Below are positions 60,472-64,000 of a stretch of DNA of 64,000 nt, one piece after another. Within the stretch, counting starts at the first letter, position 1, and each line of letters begins with the position of its first letter. A program made the translations under genes and the position numbers. The DNA comes from an uncultured delta proteobacterium. GTDB taxonomy: Bacteria; Myxococcota_A; Polyangia; Polyangiales; Polyangiaceae. The DNA is taken from contig CAWAIF010000003.1 of the NCBI GenBank assembly GCA_963782055.1, positions 1,600,001 to 1,664,000 on the forward strand. Reading direction: 5' to 3'. Below the pieces are notes generated by a model, which had not been told where the DNA came from, made no database searches, and saw only the letters and a list, made by a program, of their open reading frames with translations.

Positions 60472-61428
60472 ATGCGCGCGCTCAGGGTGGAAAGTGGAGA
60501 CGTCTCGGTCGCCCACGTGCCGGTGCCCGAGGCGAAGGGCGAGGCGGTGGTGCGGGTGACGCTCTCCGGCCTCTGCAATACCGACCTGGAGATCGCCCGC
60601 GGCTACGCCGGGTTCGCCGGCACCATCGGTCACGAGTTCGTGGGCGTGGTGGAGGACCCCGGCGGCGGCGCGATCGGCCGCGGGCAGCGCGTCGTCGGCG
60701 AGATCAACGCCGGGTGTGGCGCGTGCGCGCGCTGCGAGGAGGGCGACCCGCGCCACTGCGCCACGCGCACGGTGCTCGGCATCGTGGGGCGCGACGGGGC
60801 GCACGCCGACGTGCTGCGCCTGCCCGCGCGCAACCTCCTGCGCGTGCCCGACGCCGTGACCGACGTTCAGGCCGTCTTCGTCGAGCCGCTCGCGGCGGCG
60901 TGCGGCGTGCTGGAGCGGAGCCCGCTCGAGCCGGGGGCGCGCGTGGCGGTCATCGGGGACGGCAAGCTCGGCCTGCTCTGCGCGATGGTGCTCGCCGACG
61001 CGGGCGCGTCGCCGCTGCTCGTCGGCAAGCACGAGCGGAAGCTGGGCCTCGCGCGGGCGCGGGACCTCGAGACGGCGTTGGTGGAGGAGGCACGCAAGCG
61101 CGCCGGCGCCTTCGACGTCGTCGTGGAGGCCTCGGGCGCGGCCGGCGGCTTCGACCTCGCGCTGGACCTGCTCCGGCCGCAGGGCACGCTGGTGCTCAAG
61201 TCCACCTTCCACGGGGCGACGCCCATCGACGCGGCGCGCGTCGTGGTGGACGAGATCCGCGTCGTCGGCTCGCGCTGCGGGCGCTTCGCCCCCGCGCTCG
61301 ACCTGCTCGCCCGCGGCGCGGTCGACGTGGAGTGCCTGGTGAGCGAGGTGCTCTCCCTCGACCAGGGAACCGACGCGATGGGCCGCGCCGCCGCCCCCGG
61401 CGTGCTGAAGGTGCTGCTCTCGCGCTAG
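60472..61428 (+). CDS. Zn-dependent (MDR) alcohol dehydrogenase family protein
   Basis: GLCNTD, GHEFVG, CGACARC..RHC, GDGKLG. Confidence 0.92.
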   Translation: MRALRVESGDVSVAHVPVPEAKGEAVVRVTLSGLCNTDLEIARGYAGFAGTIGHEFVGVVEDPGGGAIGRGQRVVGEINAGCGACARCEEGDPRHCATRTVLGIVGRDGAHADVLRLPARNLLRVPDAVTDVQAVFVEPLAAACGVLERSPLEPGARVAVIGDGKLGLLCAMVLADAGASPLLVGKHERKLGLARARDLETALVEEARKRAGAFDVVVEASGAAGGFDLALDLLRPQGTLVLKSTFHGATPIDAARVVVDEIRVVGSRCGRFAPALDLLARGAVDVECLVSEVLSLDQGTDAMGRAAAPGVLKVLLSR

Positions 61429-62060
61429 CGACTGACGAGGTAGGTGATCTTGGCCTTGCCGCCAGGGTGTGCGGGCAGGCCGAAGGCCGCGCGCACCTGG
61501 ATGTTCCCCGGGCCGGAGCTGCACGTCAGGGGGAAGGAGGCCTGCACCGCGCCGGGGATGCTGCCGTCCGGCTTGATGCGCACCACCGCCTTCGTCTTCT
61601 TGTAGGTGACGGAGACGAGCTTGCCGCCCCACACCATGGGCTGCGGCGTCGCGGGCTGGCCGGCGGCGGGCTGCGGCGAGCCCGGGGCCGCCGGGGCGCC
61701 GGTGAAGGTGGGCAAGATCGGGCCGGTCGTGGGGAGTGACAGGGTGATCTCCACGACCACCTCGCCGGCGACGCGCTTGACCGTCGCCGCCGCCTTGCTC
61801 TTCGGCCCCAGGCTGGGACACATCGACGGTGGCGGCACCGGGTCGGAGCCCATCATCGGGTGGTGCGTCAGCATGGCATCGGGTGGCTTCACGTCGCGCG
61901 CCGAGGCGGCGCTGCTCGCGCTCGGTCGCGGGGGCGCCGCCGCGTGGCTCGCGCTGGCCGATGGCGTGGTCGGGATCGTGACCGTGGTCGCCGCGGGGGC
62001 GGTCTCCCCGCCGCACCCGGCGGCGGCGAGCGTCGTGGCGGCCGCGAGCAGCCGCCGCAT
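61425..62060 (-). CDS. Hypothetical lipoprotein
   Basis: Lipobox in MRRLLAAATTLAAAGC; Pro/Ala/Ser-rich linker. Confidence 0.65.
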   Translation of the reverse strand: MRRLLAAATTLAAAGCGGETAPAATTVTIPTTPSASASHAAAPPRPSASSAASARDVKPPDAMLTHHPMMGSDPVPPPSMCPSLGPKSKAAATVKRVAGEVVVEITLSLPTTGPILPTFTGAPAAPGSPQPAAGQPATPQPMVWGGKLVSVTYKKTKAVVRIKPDGSIPGAVQASFPLTCSSGPGNIQVRAAFGLPAHPGGKAKITYLVSR

Positions 62061-62323
62061 GTGCGCCAGCGTCCGGTCACGCGACCCGCCTGCCCCTCTC
62101 TCTCCGCCCACCCCCGCACGGTACCGCGGTGTGGACGCCGGGTACATCGTGGACGGTGAATCCTTCAGCCGGCGAGCCGCCGGCCCGCCGCGAGATGGCC
62201 GCGCCGGACGCGCGTGTGCGAGGCCACGTCCCGGGCGGCCTCGCTGGCGTCAGTCGACGACGAAGCTACGCCCGGGCGCGGTAGCGCGGATAGGAATACC
62301 AGCTCGTGCCCTGCCGACGAGAA

Positions 62324-62350
62324 GCCCGACGCGTAGCGGAGGGCCCGCGC
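62324..62350. repeat. Second copy of the 27-bp REP-like unit B
   Basis: GCCCGACGCGTAGCGGAGGGCCCGCGC, identical to 28300-28326. Confidence 0.75.
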
Positions 62351-62365
62351 GGGGAGCGGCGCCCC

Positions 62366-63091
62366 TCAGTAAGGATGAGGCGCGTACCCTGCGGCCGCGG
62401 CGTACTGCTTGTAGGCGGGCAGCACCAGGTCGTCGTCGTATTGCGTGTTGTACTGGGTGCAGCTCTTGGTGCTGCCGTAGCTGTTGTAGTCGCCGATCGC
62501 CATCAGCGTGTACTGCTCGGTGGTGCAGCCCGAAAACTTCTTCTCCTCCTGCTTGCGGTTGCCCGCGATCCCGGCGATGCCGACCTCGATGTTCACGTCG
62601 GGGTTGAACACCGAGCTCCCCCAGTCGCTCGAGGAGGGGTCGGTCGTCATGTCGGGGTGGCCGCTGGGGAGCAGGCCCGCGTCCCCCGGCGAGCCACCGC
62701 ACGCGGGGACGATCTGCATCAGGCCGTAGCACCCCGTCTCCGAGGCGCTCCACCCGCTGGGCGTGCCGCACGGCATGTTGGGGCAGGCTGCGGCGTTCTT
62801 GTCGAAGCGCGACTCGACGTAGATGATCGCCTTGAAGATCATCGGGTCGGGCTCGGAGTACTGGGCCGACCACTTCAGGATGGAGCAGTCGAAGGCGTCG
62901 ACGCTGACGCCGGTCTGCTGCGCCGTCAGGCCGGTCTTCAGCGGGTCTGTGTCGCAGGAGCCGGAGATCGCGCCGTCTCCCCCGCCGCCCGCGTCGCCGC
63001 TCGCCGCGTCGTCGCCCGAGCCGCAGGCGACTGCCCCTGCCACGAGAGCGGTCGCGCCGATCCACCACGCCATACGGAGTGCGGTGCCCAT
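62366..63091 (-). CDS. Lytic transglycosylase (SLT/lysozyme-like) lipoprotein
   Basis: Lipobox AVAC; catalytic AIIYVES; GLMQI; FNPDVNI; YN motif. Confidence 0.85.
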   Translation of the reverse strand: MGTALRMAWWIGATALVAGAVACGSGDDAASGDAGGGGDGAISGSCDTDPLKTGLTAQQTGVSVDAFDCSILKWSAQYSEPDPMIFKAIIYVESRFDKNAAACPNMPCGTPSGWSASETGCYGLMQIVPACGGSPGDAGLLPSGHPDMTTDPSSSDWGSSVFNPDVNIEVGIAGIAGNRKQEEKKFSGCTTEQYTLMAIGDYNSYGSTKSCTQYNTQYDDDLVLPAYKQYAAAAGYAPHPY

Positions 63092-63123
63092 GCCCGGAGG
63101 GTATCACCGCGGCTCCGTGCGAA

Positions 63124-64000
63124 TCACGCCGCGCCGAAGCCGATGCGCCTTCCTCCGGTCCGCTTCCCCCGCAGGTCAATCTCGCGGCGCAACAGGTCCA
63201 CGATCCGCTCGGCGTCCCCCGCCGGCGCGAGGCGCACCTGTCGCGCCACCGCCGCGAAGTCGCCGGGCGTGAGGCCGTCCAGGCGGTCCAGGCGCGCGGG
63301 CGCGTCCGCCGCGAGGTCGCCGAAGACGCGCGCGAACATGGCGCGTCGCTGCTCGGCGCGCAGCGGCTTCATCTCCACCTTCAGCGCGAAGCGCCGGAGC
63401 GACGCCACGTCCAGCTGGTCCACCAGGTTCGTCGCGCAGAAGAAGACGCCGTCGAACGCCTCCACCTGCACCAGCAGCTCGTTCACCTGCGTCACCTCCC
63501 AGGAGTGGCGCGCCGTCGCGCGCTCGCGCAGGAGGCCGTCGCACTCGTCCAGGAAGAGGAGCGCTCTCTCCGCGGCCGCGTCGCGGAACATCGCGGCGAT
63601 CTTGCTCTCCGTCTCGCCCAGCCACATGCTCAGGAGGTCGGAGGTCCGCCGCGCCCGGAAGGGCATCCCCAGCCGCCGCGCCACCTCCGCTGCGAGCGCC
63701 GTCTTCCCCGTCCCCGGCGGCCCGTACAGGCACACGCTCGCGTGGGGGTGCGTGCCGAGCGCGGCGATCAGGCCCTCGACGTCCACCGACGCGTTGACGA
63801 AGGCGGCCTCGTACTTCCCGCACGGCGAGGCACCCGCGGCGGGGCGCGGGGCGCCGCCGGCGGCGAGGTTGCGGTCCAGCATGATGGTGAGCGTCTCCTC
63901 CACGCGCCGCGGCGAGCGCGCGCCGACGAGGCGCACGCCCCGCGCCGCCTGCTCCACGTGCGCGGGGGAGAGTCGTTCGTCGGCGGACGTGCGGTCGAGC
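63124..64000 (-). CDS. AAA+ ATPase (5' end probably outside the window)
   Basis: YGPPGTGKT, DLLSMWLGETE, LFLDECD, ATNL..LD.A.LRRF; C-terminal RRIGF. Confidence 0.85.
   Translation of the reverse strand, partial: LDRTSADERLSPAHVEQAARGVRLVGARSPRRVEETLTIMLDRNLAAGGAPRPAAGASPCGKYEAAFVNASVDVEGLIAALGTHPHASVCLYGPPGTGKTALAAEVARRLGMPFRARRTSDLLSMWLGETESKIAAMFRDAAAERALLFLDECDGLLRERATARHSWEVTQVNELLVQVEAFDGVFFCATNLVDQLDVASLRRFALKVEMKPLRAEQRRAMFARVFGDLAADAPARLDRLDGLTPGDFAAVARQVRLAPAGDAERIVDLLRREIDLRGKRTGGRRIGFGAA

Noticed and set aside
62061..62323. Long intergenic region as possible ncRNA or tRNA
   Set aside because: No tRNA T-loop/CCA or recognisable riboswitch motif; cannot be supported without an Rfam/Infernal search

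Overview
Very GC-rich (visually about three-quarters G+C), gene-dense bacterial DNA. The gene content (several Hanks-type Ser/Thr kinases, Cys-rich lipoproteins, PEGA/TPR, AgmX/PglI-C-like and DUF4388-like domains, a sigma54 activator) points to a myxobacterium, probably Polyangiaceae-like (inference). I can support about 47 CDSs, one frameshifted gene, several sigma54 and sigma70-type promoter candidates and a small REP-like intergenic repeat family. I found no rRNA, tRNA, CRISPR array, transposase or integrase. The most interesting part is the first ~17 kb, where three proteins carry HEPN-like (R-x3-5-H) helical domains in different sensor architectures: (i) 4TM-wHTH-HEPN, directly downstream of a non-RD kinase; (ii) HEPN-like/kinase/TM/Sel1, a receptor architecture reminiscent of IRE1/RNase L; (iii) HEPN-like/STAND NTPase/TPR, resembling Avs/NLR proteins. 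A divergent WD40 and WD40-caspase lipoprotein pair lies between (ii) and (iii). Together these form a candidate undescribed immunity or cell-death signalling island. Other notable items are an Rrf2-thioredoxin fusion with upstream triple repeats, a kinase-HEAT plus degenerate HD-GYP/DUF4388/TPR operon, and widespread leaderless-type promoters. All domain calls come from reading motifs by eye; no searches were run.
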